From assembly GCA_963801595.1 (NCBI GenBank), contig CAWDFW010000026.1:18695-82694 (forward strand): DNA of 64,000 nt, in the 5' to 3' direction. Shown in pieces: positions 9,809 to 20,440 of this stretch (within the stretch, counting starts at the first letter, position 1; every line of letters begins with the position of its first letter). The notes below the pieces were generated by a model that did not search any database, had not been told where the DNA came from, and was given only the letters and a program-made list of their open reading frames with translations. Position numbers and translations under genes: made by a program. Source of the stretch: Terriglobia bacterium (GTDB lineage Bacteria > Acidobacteriota > Terriglobia > Terriglobales > Acidobacteriaceae).

Positions 9809-10220
9809 TTAGCCTTCGATCTGGGCACAATGGTGCCACACAATAGAATGCTAAAGCGAGTCTGTGGAAATTGAAACTGATGCACTACCCCTTCGCAGAA
9901 CCGCTTGACTGAGTCTGCTCCTCGCCTTATCTTGTCTGTGTCCTGGCCTGCGGTCAGAACCATTTCTTCTCAGGAGGCGCCTATGTCTGCCCTGTTCACG
10001 CGGAAGCATAGGTTTGCCTCTGGCCTGCTTTTCTAGGCGCTCCCAGTCTCCAGTCGCGGCGCTCCGGAATTCCCGCACGCGCAGAGCCAGATCTTCTTCC
10101 ATCCCATCGCTATCTCCTGGACACAGTCGCCCGTACATGCGGTGGCCACTGAGTCCTTCATCGCATTGGGAGCCAGCCAAGCGAGCCGTTTGAGACGGTC
10201 TCAGGGAAGGAGTTTTCCCC

Positions 10221-11322
10221 ATGGAATTCACCGACGAACGCACCGCGGACTGGTCCACACACTCGCGGACCTGGGGTGGAATTCGTTCTTCGAAAGTTAT
10301 TTTGCGGAGTTCAAGCAGTCCGCGCCTCCTCCCGGCCCGCGTGGTCGAGGAGTTCAAGGGCTTCTACCGGGTGAGGTCTGCGCAGGCGGAGTACCTGGCA
10401 GAAGCTGCCGGCAAGCTGCAGCATCTTGCCGTCAGCCGGGAAGACCTTCCCGCCGTCGGAGACTGGGTCGCGATCACAGCGCGTCCCGGAAGAAGGCCGG
10501 GCGCGGATCGAGCACATTCTGCCGCGCAGGACCAAACTCGCCCGCAAGGTTGCCGGGCGGGAGATGAGCGAACAGATCGTGGCCACGAACCTCGATACGG
10601 TGTTCGTGGTGAGCGCGCTGAATCGCGAGTTCAACCTGCGGCGCATCGAGCGCTATCTGACCATGGTGTGGGACAGCGGCGCACGGCCCGTCATCCTGCT
10701 CAACAAAGCGGACCTCTGTCCGGACGCCGACCGCGCGCGCCGCTGATGTGGCGAAGCATCGCCCTGGGAACTCCGGTGCGCCTGCTAAGCGCGCTGGAAC
10801 AAACTGGCCTCGAAGCTGTGCGGGAGTATCTGTCGCGCGGAACGACAGCGGCCTTTGTGGGCTCGTCCGGTGTCGGCAAGTCCACCATCATCAACGGGCT
10901 CGCGGATGCAGCGCTGCGCGTGCAGAGCGGTGCGCGATCATGATGACCGGGGACAGCACACCACCACCTCGCGCCAGATGATCTTCCTTCCCGGCGGAGG
11001 TATGCTGATCGATACGCCGGGCATGCGCGAACTCCAGCTCTGGAACCATGAGGAAGGTGCGGCGCAGGCGTTTGAGGATATCGCAACTCTTTCCCAGGGA
11101 TGCAGGTTTCGGGACTGCGGCCATCGCGGCGAGCCGGGATGCGCCGTGGACGCCGCTGTCCAGCAGGGCGAGTTGTCGTTCGAGCGGCTGGAGAACTATC
11201 GCAAGCTGCTGGCCGAACTTCGTTTTCAGGAACGCAAGATGAATCCCGAGGTGGCGCGGCAGGTCAAGGAGGAATGGAAGAAGATCCACAAAGCCATGCG
11301 CAAACGGCCCGAACGGTTCTGA
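10221..11322 (+). CDS. rsgA: Ribosome small-subunit-dependent GTPase A; about five frame switches as sequenced
   Basis: Ordered fragments: [19 protein letters not shown]; [20 protein letters not shown]; [35 protein letters not shown]; [28 protein letters not shown] (G1); [22 protein letters not shown]; zinc motif [16 protein letters not shown]. Confidence 0.85.
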
Positions 11323-12067
11323 AAATCGAGACCGATTCTGAAAACTAGGCGTGAACGGAGAATCTCTTCCACTCGGCGCAGGTCTTCCTCCGTGTCCACC
11401 CCCACGGTGTCGTACGGGGTCTCGCGCACGTGAATCCCGATGCCGTTCTCCAGAAAGCGCAATTGCTCCAGGCGCTCGCTACGCTCGAGCGAGGACTCAG
11501 GCAGCGCGACGAAGCGGTCGAGCGCCGCCTTGCGATAAGCGTAGAAGCCGAGATGTTTGAAATATTTTGGCCCGGCGCCGTCGCGATCGTACGGGAATGG
11601 TCGCGCGGGAGAAATAGAGAGCGCGTCCCGCCGCATCAGTAACTACTTTTACCGCGCTGGGATTATCTATGTCCGCTAGGCCTGCCGCCGTCATCAGGGT
11701 TCCGACCTGCACCGCCGGGTCTTGCATGACTTCAATCAGCCCGGCGATGTGTTCCGCCCGGGTCATGGGTTCGTCTCCCTGGATGTTGAGGTAAACATCG
11801 GCCGCCACCGATTGCGATATCTCGTGCACCCGCTCGGTGCCGCTGCGGTGCGCGGCGGAGGTCATCTGGGCCTTCCAGCCGTGGCGTTGGCAGAGCTCCC
11901 ATAATTTCATCGGAGTCAGTGGCGATGATCACGTCGTCGAGCACGGACGAGGAGCAGACGGCCTCGTAAACCCAGCCAATCAGGGGTTTCCCGGCAATTT
12001 CGCGCAACGCTTTGCGCGCCAGCCGGGTGGAAGCCAGACGGGCGGGGATGACGGCAACGGTTCGCAT
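11226..12067 (-). CDS. kdsB: 3-deoxy-manno-octulosonate cytidylyltransferase; two frame switches; 3' end probably nearer 11345 than the in-frame stop at 11226
   Basis: [35 protein letters not shown]; [20 protein letters not shown]; [37 protein letters not shown]. Fragments 11732-12067, 11497-11910 and 11226-11636. Confidence 0.85.
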
Positions 12068-12129
12068 TGTTTGTCGCTCACCATCATATATACCTCAGGT
12101 CCCCGGCGTGCGGATGCCCCTGAGTTGAT

Positions 12130-12194
12130 GGAGGACGGGCGTCCCGCCCGTCAGGAACAGGCCATCCTCCTGACGGGCGGGACGCCCGTCCTCC
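12130..12194. repeat. Nested perfect palindrome (27-bp arms), family B
   Basis: ggaggacgggcgtcccgcccgtcagga (12130-12156) and tcctgacgggcgggacgcccgtcctcc (12168-12194). Each arm itself contains the hairpin gacgggcg-tc-ccgcccgtc. A related single copy lies at 23724-23742. Confidence 0.85.
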
Positions 12195-12382
12195 ATGGAA
12201 TCCCGCCGGGATTCCAGCCTGTTCACTTCCCGGTGACAGGCGGCTGACACTGGTGAAACTACGTTATATACTGGTCAACTTGCGGGCCTCTGCCCCCACT
12301 GGTTCCGCGTGTTGGGCTCGTGTGTGCTAGCCCGGGGTTGCCTTTAGGAGCTTCCATTCCCCGTCACGGGCCGAGGTCATTC

Positions 12383-15300
12383 ATGGAAGAGTTCTCCCGA
12401 GGCCGCCCGGATGGAAAGCCTTCAGACCCTGGCGAAGGTGGCGCGGCAGTACGCACGCCTTCCAAGGGTGACAGCACTTCCCCCGGCGCTGCTCCGCCCT
12501 CGGACGCGCCAACCCTGATCGGAATTCCCAGCCAAAGTACAAGCGTGCCCGCTTCGGACTCTCCGACGATGGTTCCCGAAAGCAATCCTTCGGATTCGCC
12601 GACCATGGTGGACGGCCGACACTCCCACCATGCTCGATGCCAGCCCCTTGCCCGGCAAGCCCGCAGCGCCGCGGATACAACGGCCCCAGAGCAACCCGTC
12701 CATGCTGCAACCGGGCGCGATTCTCGGCCAGCGCTACGAAATTCTGCAAATCCTCGGCGAAGGCGGGATGGGCGCGGTTTACAAAGCGCGCGACCGCGAA
12801 CTGAATCGCATGGTGGCGTTGAAAGTCATCCGGCCCGACCTGGCCGGCAGCCAGGCCATTATTGACCGCTTCAAGCAGGAACTGCTTCTGGCCACCCAGG
12901 TCACCCACAAGAACGTCATCCGGATTTACGACCTCAGCGAGGCCGACGGCATGAAGTTCATCACCATGGAGTACGTCGAGGGTGAGGACTTGCGCGGCCT
13001 GATGCAGAAGAAGGGAAAACTCGCGCCCGATGAAGCGGTCGAGATCATGCAGCAGACCTGCCGCGCGCTGGAAGCCGCGCACAGCGCCGGCATCATTCAC
13101 CGCGACCTGAAGCCGCAGAACATCATGCGCGACAAGGCCGGACGAATCCTGGTGATGGATTTCGGCCTGGCCCGCACCCTCGAAGGCGACGGCATGACCC
13201 AGACCGGCGCCCTGGTCGGCACCATGGACTATATGTCGCCGGAGCAGGCCCTGGGCAAGGATCTGGACCAACGCTCCGACCTGTTCGCGATGGGCCTGAT
13301 CTTTTACGAACTGCTGACCGGCAAGATGCCGTACAAGGCGGACAGCGTGGTGGCCAGCCTGCTCAAGCGCACCCAGGAGCGGGCCGCCCCGGTTTCAAGC
13401 CACGACGCCTCCATACCAAAACCACTGAGCAACATCGTCGGCAAATGCATGGAGCCCGACCTGAAGCTGCGCTACCAGAGTTCGGCGGAAATCCTCGCCG
13501 ACTTGGACGCCTGGCAGGGCGGTCACGCAGCCGCAACCTTGCACTTCCCCAGCGGCGTCAGGCCCTGGGGACGAAGCTATCCCTGGCATTGGTATCGGGA
13601 GCCGCGGCCGCTGTCGTCGTTCTCGCTATCGTGGGCTTCGTATTCCGTGACAGGTTGTTCAAGCCTCAGGCCGCCCGGACCGGGCCGGTTGTTTCTCTCG
13701 CTATCCTGCCCTTTCGCAACGCGTCCGGCGACCCTGCGCTCGACTGGTACAGCTCCAGCATTGCGGAAATGTTGAGTACGGGTGTAGGCCAGTCAGCCAG
13801 CCTGCGCACGGTTTCTCCCGATCGCGTGCACCAGATCCTGAACGATCTGCACTTGACCGGAAACGTGCAATTTGATCCCGACAAACTGCGTAATGTTTCA
13901 GAGTCGGCCAATGCTGATACGGTGATTTCCGGGCAGTACGCCCGGTTCGGCGACCAGATACGCATCGATGCCAGCCTGCAGGACCTGAGGCGCGACCGCC
14001 GCATCCCGCTGAAGATTGACGCGGCGAATGAAAAGGACATTCCCAACGCGGTCGATCGCCTGGCTGAACTGATTCGGCAAAACCTTTCGGTCTCGCCCGA
14101 CGTGATCAAGGAACTGCAGGCGCAATCGTTCCGGCCCAGTTCCACGTCCATGGATGCACTGCGGTCTTACAACGACGGCCTCGAACTGTCCCGCCAGGGC
14201 AACGACATGGAAGCCCTGAAGCGCTTCCAGTCGGCGGTGCAGCAGGACCCGGAGTTCGCCCTGGCCTATTCGAAGATGGGCCAGACCTATGCCAGCCTGG
14301 GATATGACAGCGAAGCCGAACAGGCCGCGCGCAAGGCTGAAGACCTGAGCAGCAGTCTGCCCGCCCGCGAGCGCTACCTGATCATCGCCAGCCATGCCCG
14401 GGTGGTGAACGACAATCAGAAAGCCATCCAGTACTACAGCGACATGGCCAAGGTTTCGCCCGAGGACACCGACATTCAGTTTGCCCTGGGCAGCCTCTAC
14501 GAGGCCACCAGCGCTTACGATCAGGCCCGCGACCATTTCAACAATGTGTTGAAGCGCGACCCCCAGGACATCGACGCCTTGCTCGAACTGGCACGGGTTG
14601 AAATCAAGAGCGGCAATGCGTCCAAGGGCCTCGAATCCATCAACCGCGCCAACACATTGGCGACGCAGACTGACAACCAGCAGCAAACCGCCAACAGCTT
14701 GCACGTGATGGGTCTGGCGTATGAGGCGTTGAACAAGCCCGAAGTGGCATTGGAAAATTTCCAGAAATCGCTGGCCATCAAGCGCAAGATCGGCCAGCTG
14801 CGCGGCGCCGCTGCCAGCCTCAGTGAAATGGGCAACGTGCAGGCGCAGCTGGGCAAGAACCGCCGCTGCCCAGGCCAGCTTTCAGGAGGCGCTGAAGATC
14901 CGGCGCGACATCGGCGACAAGCGCGGGGTCGGCGCGACCCTGCTTGATTTTGGCAACTTTGTGGATGATCGCGGCGATCACGACCAGGCCCTGAAACTCT
15001 ACAAGGAATCGCTGCAGGTGCAGCGCGATATCGGCAATGAGAGTCTGCAGGCCATTTGCCTGAACAACATCGGCAGTGTTTATTTTTCCAAGGGCCAGTA
15101 CGACGATGCCCTCACCTACTTCCAGCAGTCGCTACAGCTGCGGGAGAAATCGAAGGTCCCGCAGGACATCGTCGAAGGCGTGCATAACGTCGCCGAGACT
15201 TCGGTCATGATGGGCCAGTACGATCAGGCGGTTTCGCAGTACATGCGCGCCCTGGATTTACGCCGCAGCATTAATGACGCGCGCGGCGCGGCCATCGAGT

Positions 15301-16093
15301 CATACAGCATCGGCAAGTTGTTTGACTATCAGGGACGGTTCGGCGCCGCGGTCAACTCCAAGCAGGAGGCACTGAAGACATTTCGCGACCTGAAAGACCG
15401 GACTTTTTGGATGGCCGAAATCCTGGGTGGCTACGGCTACGGGCTGATCCTGGCAGGACGAGGAGATGAGGCCAAGAGTTATCTCGATGAGGCGCTGAGT
15501 CTCTCCCGCGAAATTAAGAACGACGGTATGGTCTCGCAAACCCTGGCCTGGCAGGGCGACGCGTTTTACGTCCAGGGAGATGCAAAATCGGCTCGTCCCT
15601 TGTACGAACGCATGCCTTGCAGGCGGCCTCGCGCACCGCGGAGCGCGACAAGATTTTGATCGCCAAGGTAAGTCTCGCCAAAGTGGCAATTCAGGAAGGT
15701 CACGCGGCGGCCGCTCTCGGCAGCCTGCGAGCGCTGGCGCAGCAGGCCCAGGAATTGGGTCTAAGGTACATTGCCCTGGAATGCTCCATCCACACCGCCG
15801 AAGCCATGATTCAATCGAAGAATTTCGCGGGCGCCCGTCAGGAACTGGAGCGAACCTTGATACAGTCCGACAAGCTTGGCCTGAATCCGCTCAGCCTGAG
15901 GGCCAATTACCTGTTGGCCGAAACCCTGCGTCAATCCGGCAGCTTGAGCGAAGCCCAGGATCATTACCGATCGGCGCTCCGTATTTTAGACGCCATCCGT
16001 AAAGACCCAGGGGCGGAGAAGGTGATGCAACGCGCCGACCTGGCCGCTATTTCATCTGAATCCAACCGCTGGCTGCAGGCCGCGAAGAACTGA
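12383..16093 (+). CDS. Ser/Thr protein kinase with TM segment, periplasmic domain and long TPR array (about 1230 aa); four frame switches
   Basis: Kinase motifs GEGGMGAVYKA, VALKVI, HRDLKPQNIM, DFGLAR, GTMDYMSPEQ. TM helix LALVSGAAAAVVVLAIVGFVF, then SLAILPFRNASGD. Repeated TPR-like units (ALKRFQSAVQQDPEFALAY.., NIGSVYFSKGQYDDALTYFQQSL). Fragments 12320-, 12630-13775, 13445-14947, 14823-15659 and 15617-16093. Confidence 0.85.
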
Positions 16094-16202
16094 GCCTAAC
16101 GCAGGAAAGCTACTGTTGGACGCCATCTTGCTCCCATGCGCCCGCGTGTCTCGTTGCGTTTAGACTTCCAGATCGTCGCACTGGGAATTTGTGCACAAAA
16201 GT

Positions 16203-16232
16203 GACGAGCGCTGCCTAGGGGCAGCGCTCGTC
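16203..16232. terminator. Hairpin between convergent genes (possible bidirectional terminator)
   Basis: gacgagcgctgcc-tagg-ggcagcgctcgtc, a 13-bp perfect stem. It lies between the kinase stop (16093) and the DUF11 gene stop (16252). Confidence 0.5.
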
Positions 16233-16251
16233 GTGAACGGAACTCCTCGGA

Positions 16252-17742
16252 CTACTTGACTGTGGTTTTCCAGGTCGAAGTGTTGTTGCCCGTCTTTAAG
16301 TCAGGGTTCAAAGCACTCACCGCGGCCGTATTGCTAACTGTCCCCGAAGCGGCAGGTGCCCTGAAATTCAGCTGAATACCGATCGCCGCTAAGGTCTTCA
16401 GCGAGAACGGCAGCAGGTTGCCCAGCGTGCACGTGACCCTTGCGCCATCCGATACACAAGGTGATTGCGCTCCTGACTGGCAGGTGACCCCGCTTTTTCC
16501 CGTAAAGCACACCGCCGAGTTCAAGAAGGTCGTGCCGGCCGGAATTGGGTCGGTCACAGTTACTGCGGTTGCCGTCCCGGGGCCAAGGTTCAGTACCGCG
16601 ATTCCATAGGGCAGCGGGGCTCCACGCTTCACGAGGAGCGGTCCTACTTTGGTTACACTCAGATCGGCATTCGGGTAATTGACATTTTCTACCGCGATCC
16701 AGCAAGAGGCAGTACCGCCGCTTCTACCCTTGGTGGTTGGGTCTTTGGACGTTTGCGAGAAAAAGTCGATCTGGTTGGTGAATGTTGTGTGGGGAATGTC
16801 ACCGCAATCGGGCTCGCCTTTGGCTAGACCTGGACCCAAGATATTATGATCCACGTCGTAGGCCGTTGAAAACTCAGCGAAATACGTAGCGGCATCGCAA
16901 CTCGTGCCGGTGCACTTGATGTCGAAGGCCCGGCAATTCCCCCCGGTGTTGCTGTATGTGGTGCAGATGCCGTGCGTGCCGTCGGCAAAGGTAATCGGTG
17001 TCTCCGGCGCTAATGATATTGCTGTGATGGTCAGACTATTGTCGGTCGTGGTATTTGCCGCGGGCGTGGACTTGAAATTGAAGGGGCCAAAATCGAAAAG
17101 AGTGGTCACACCCGGCGGGGTTGGCTGGGTTTGCGTGATCGATGTGAGAGAGTCGGGCGTGCCTTCCAGGGCGAACCATGTGCTTCCACCGCCCTCAACT
17201 CCGTCCCCGGCGAAGTTGACCGTTCCAGTAGTAGTGTCGTCCGTAAGGCTAAACGTGTTGTCAGGACCCTCATAACCAGTACCATCACCGCACCAGGGGT
17301 AACGTTGTGGTCCTTCCAGGACTTGATAGACGCAGGGGCCATCGGTGTCGAAAGCGAATAAATCATCCTGCCCGCCGACGTGTGGCGCGGTCAGGGTGAT
17401 AGATCTCAGGGAAGAAGTTGTATTGTTCTGGATGCCCACGAGCGTGTCTTCCACCGCGTCATAGGGGTTCCCGTTGCCCGTGCCCGGCTTGGCTACAGTG
17501 AAGAATGTCGCTTTCCCGTTACCATCAACGCCGGTCACGGTGATCACGACGCCGCATGTGTCGGGACCGAGCGCACTGCCAACGGACCCTGTTCCCGTCC
17601 TATCTCCGGAGGGCGCCGAGCATTGATCGGCCCAGGCTGGCACGGCCACCAACGTAAGCAGGGTACAGCAGAATATTGCAAAGGCCATTTTTTTCGTCGC
17701 TGCCACCATCATCAATATCAATCTTGATGTTCCTACCTTCAT
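16252..17742 (-). CDS. Secreted protein with C-terminal DUF11 (conserved repeat) domain
   Basis: Signal peptide MMVAATKKMAFAIFCCTLLTLVAVPAWA. C-terminal LSVTKVGPLLVKRGAPLPYGIAVLNLGPGTATAVTVTDPIPAGTTF..TCTLGNL is DUF11-like. Intact 496-aa ORF. Confidence 0.7.
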   Translation of the reverse strand: MKVGTSRLILMMVAATKKMAFAIFCCTLLTLVAVPAWADQCSAPSGDRTGTGSVGSALGPDTCGVVITVTGVDGNGKATFFTVAKPGTGNGNPYDAVEDTLVGIQNNTTSSLRSITLTAPHVGGQDDLFAFDTDGPCVYQVLEGPQRYPWCGDGTGYEGPDNTFSLTDDTTTGTVNFAGDGVEGGGSTWFALEGTPDSLTSITQTQPTPPGVTTLFDFGPFNFKSTPAANTTTDNSLTITAISLAPETPITFADGTHGICTTYSNTGGNCRAFDIKCTGTSCDAATYFAEFSTAYDVDHNILGPGLAKGEPDCGDIPHTTFTNQIDFFSQTSKDPTTKGRSGGTASCWIAVENVNYPNADLSVTKVGPLLVKRGAPLPYGIAVLNLGPGTATAVTVTDPIPAGTTFLNSAVCFTGKSGVTCQSGAQSPCVSDGARVTCTLGNLLPFSLKTLAAIGIQLNFRAPAASGTVSNTAAVSALNPDLKTGNNTSTWKTTVK

Positions 17743-18486
17743 ACCATCCCCCTTTTAGCTTCTCGCTGACTTTCCCAGCATTATTCAATCTCGACTGCGG
17801 GCCATAACCGCTTCGCATTGAACCCAAAGCGGAACCCCGCCGGTTAACTAGCGCAGATCGGCGCACTTTTACCTGCTCGAGCCCGCTGGCGGACAACGAT
17901 AATCTGATAATGGTTCCTGGAATCTTACGACTCGGCCGTTCGGCCGGGGTTCAGAACTAGGCGCGGGGGGAACGGGAGAGGCAGGACGATGATCAGAGGA
18001 GAAACCGGCCATTCCTCTAATCGCAATGCAGATAGCGCCGCTGCCCGCTCAAAACGCTTTAGCCGAACCGTATGAATTTTGCCCTCGAATGGCCCGCCTG
18101 TCAACGGAATTGCGTTGTCAGGCAGGTGCATATCCTGGCAGTGAAAATGGGTTGCATTCAATGCAATTGCTTGCGCAATCAGGGCCGGTCAGGACGCGCC
18201 AAATGCCGCTCTGGACCTGCCATTCGGCGGCCTGGCAGCGTCCCGGATGACCGCTTCGCGGCCCCTTGCCATGGAATCAACTGTGTCAAACGCGCAGCAA
18301 TTTTCCACAGCTTGTCGCTCGGAATTTCTCCGGCGGCGGACCCGTGTATCTCTCGTGGACGAAGGAATGATTTCAGTCGTGCCGCTCGGCCTTCCGAACC
18401 CGGACGCGCTTTAGCGTCTGCGGTGACCTGCGCCGAAAGCGAAACCGCAGGGGGCTGGAGCCCAGGAGTCGGCATCGCCAGTGGCA

Positions 18487-18645
18487 CGGCTGAAGTGGTT
18501 GCGGAAAAACTCACCAAAGGCGGCCCTTCCGTGGAAGAGCGGCCCTTCAGGGCCGCGTAAGTCGTCAGAAATGTGTGGGGGCTTTAGCCCCCGTGGTCGC
18601 TTCGTCCGGGCAAATTGAGTTTTTCCGCAACCTCTGAAGCCGTGC
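18487..18645. repeat. Composite structured repeat: about 31-bp imperfect inverted arms enclosing short hairpins
   Basis: ggcacggctgaagtggttgcggaaaaactca (18487-18517) versus tgagtttttccgcaacctctgaagccgtgcc (18615-18645). The interior has gtggaagagcggcccttcagggccgc and gggggctttagccccc. Confidence 0.6.
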
Positions 18646-18760
18646 CCTTCACGAACGCCGAATCCTGCCGTGGCTGTCACGAGGAACTTCGTTAAGATCT
18701 TGTAGAATCCGCGCCTGCTCGTACCTCAGCTGGAGGGATCCGGGTTTCTACTTCGCTTTT

Positions 18761-20373
18761 GTGATAACGTACCCGGCAAATTATTCAGGAACGAATTCGC
18801 GGCATCGAAGTGAGCACTGCTGGCATAAGGACGACGTGAAACCTCTCTACATCCAGGTCCATCCGCGGGACAACGTTGCCATCATCGTCAATCCCGAGGG
18901 CTTGCCGGCGGGCACGCAATTTGCCGACGGACTGACTCTTCGCGAGCGCATTCCGCAAGCCCACAAGGTGGCGCTGCAGGACCTTAATCCCGGGGACGCT
19001 GTCCGGCGCTACGGCCAGATCATTGGACTGGCGGCCCGTCCCATCGCCCAGGGTTCGTGGGTGCACGAAGATGCCATCGAATTGCCGCAGCCGCCTGCGC
19101 TGAGCGAATTGCCGCTGGCTACGGCGACTCCGGCGCCGCAACCGGCGCTGGCTGGGCTACGCGTTCGACGGCTTCCGCAATGCGGATGGTAGCGTTGGAA
19201 CGAAGAACATCCTGGGCATCACCACCACCGTGCAGTGCGTTGCTCCCACGGTGGAGTACGCGGTGCGGCGAATCAAAAGCGAGATTCTTCCGCGATTCCC
19301 CCAGGTGAACGACGTCGTCGCCATCACCCACACCTACGGATGCGGCATCGCCATGGACGCGCCCGGTGCTGAGATTCCGATCCGGACGATCCGGCACATC
19401 AGCACGCATCCCAACCTGGGCGGCACTCCGCTGGTGGTGAGCCTGGGTTGCGAGAAGCTGCAGCCGGAGCGGTTGTTTCCTGAGCAACCATTCGCGAAAC
19501 TGCCGGTGCTGGAGAGCGATCCGTACCTGGTCCGCATGCAGGACGAGCACGGGCTTCGGCGAAGTCGTAAGCGCGATCATGCGCGCCGCCGAGAAGCGCC
19601 TGGAACAACTCAACCGGCGGCAGCGGACCGCCGTGCCGGCATCCGAACTGATGGTCGGCTTGCAGTGCGGCGGCAGCGACGCCTTTTCGGGCGTGACCTG
19701 CAATCCGGCGGTGGGCTATGCCGCCGATCTGCTGGTGCGCGCCGGGGCCACCGTGATGTTTTCCGAAGTCACGGAAGTGCGCGACGCCGTGCACCTGCTC
19801 ACGCCGCGCGCCATCAATCAGGACGTGGCCCGCGCCCTGATTCGCGAGATGCAGTGGTACGACGACTATCTGGCGCGCGGTTCAGCCGACCGCAGCGCGA
19901 ACCCCACACCCGGCAACAAGCGTGGCGGATTGTCGAACGTGGTGGAAAAGTCGCTGGGGTCAATCGCGAAGGCGGGAAGTTCGGCGCTGATGGCGGTGGC
20001 CGCGCAGGGCGAGAAAGTCACGGCGAAAGGGCTGGTCTTCGCCGCGACCCCGGCCAGTGATTTCATCTGCGGCACGCAGCAGCTCGCCTCCATGAACCTG
20101 CACGTGTTTACCACGGGAGAGGGAAGTCCTTACGGGCTGGCGCTGGTGCCGGTGGTCAAGGTTTCGTCGCGGACTGCGTTGGCGGAACGCTGGCCTGACC
20201 TGATCGACGTTGACGCGGGCCGCATCGCAACCGGCACCGCTACCATCGAAGAAGTTGGATGGGAAATCTTCCGCTACATTCTCGACGTGGCCAGCGGGCG
20301 CAAGCAGACCTGGGCCGACCACTGGGGACTGCACAATGCGCTGGCGTTGTTTAATCCTGGGCCCGTTACGTAA
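18761..20373 (+). CDS. garD: GarD-type galactarate dehydratase / UxaA-family sugar-acid dehydratase; two frame switches (about 19150 and 19555); start uncertain (GTG 18761 or GTG 18836)
   Basis: Similar along its length to my recollection of E. coli GarD: [152 protein letters not shown]. Confidence 0.8.
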
Positions 20374-20395
20374 AGCCTGCGGTGCATCGCACATC

Positions 20396-20440
20396 TAAAG
20401 TCAAAGTCAACGGCGGCGGGCGAGGGCGCCCGCCCCACAT
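20396..20440. repeat. GC-hairpin repeat, family A single copy
   Basis: aaagtcaaagtcaacggcggcgggcgagggcgcccgccccacat, sitting between the convergent garD and GH28 stops. Confidence 0.8.

Larger units (their letters stand above)
9266..9889. repeat. 0.6-kb segment bounded by 25-bp inverted repeats (24/25 match); possible MITE-like or invertible cassette
   Basis: ggtaatgcatcagtttcaatttcca at 9266-9290 and tggaaattgaaactgatgcactacc at 9865-9889; the inner 20 bp are perfect. Interior looks lower in GC (about 50% on a hand-counted line). Confidence 0.55.

Noticed and set aside
9823-9840. Sigma-54 type promoter (TGGCAC..TTGC-like) upstream of the 114-aa membrane protein gene, read on the minus strand as tgtggcaccattgtgcc
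   Set aside because: The GG-to-GC spacing is one nucleotide short of the consensus and the -12 element is GTGC rather than TTGC. The sequence is equally well described as a 5-bp inverted repeat ggcac/gtgcc.
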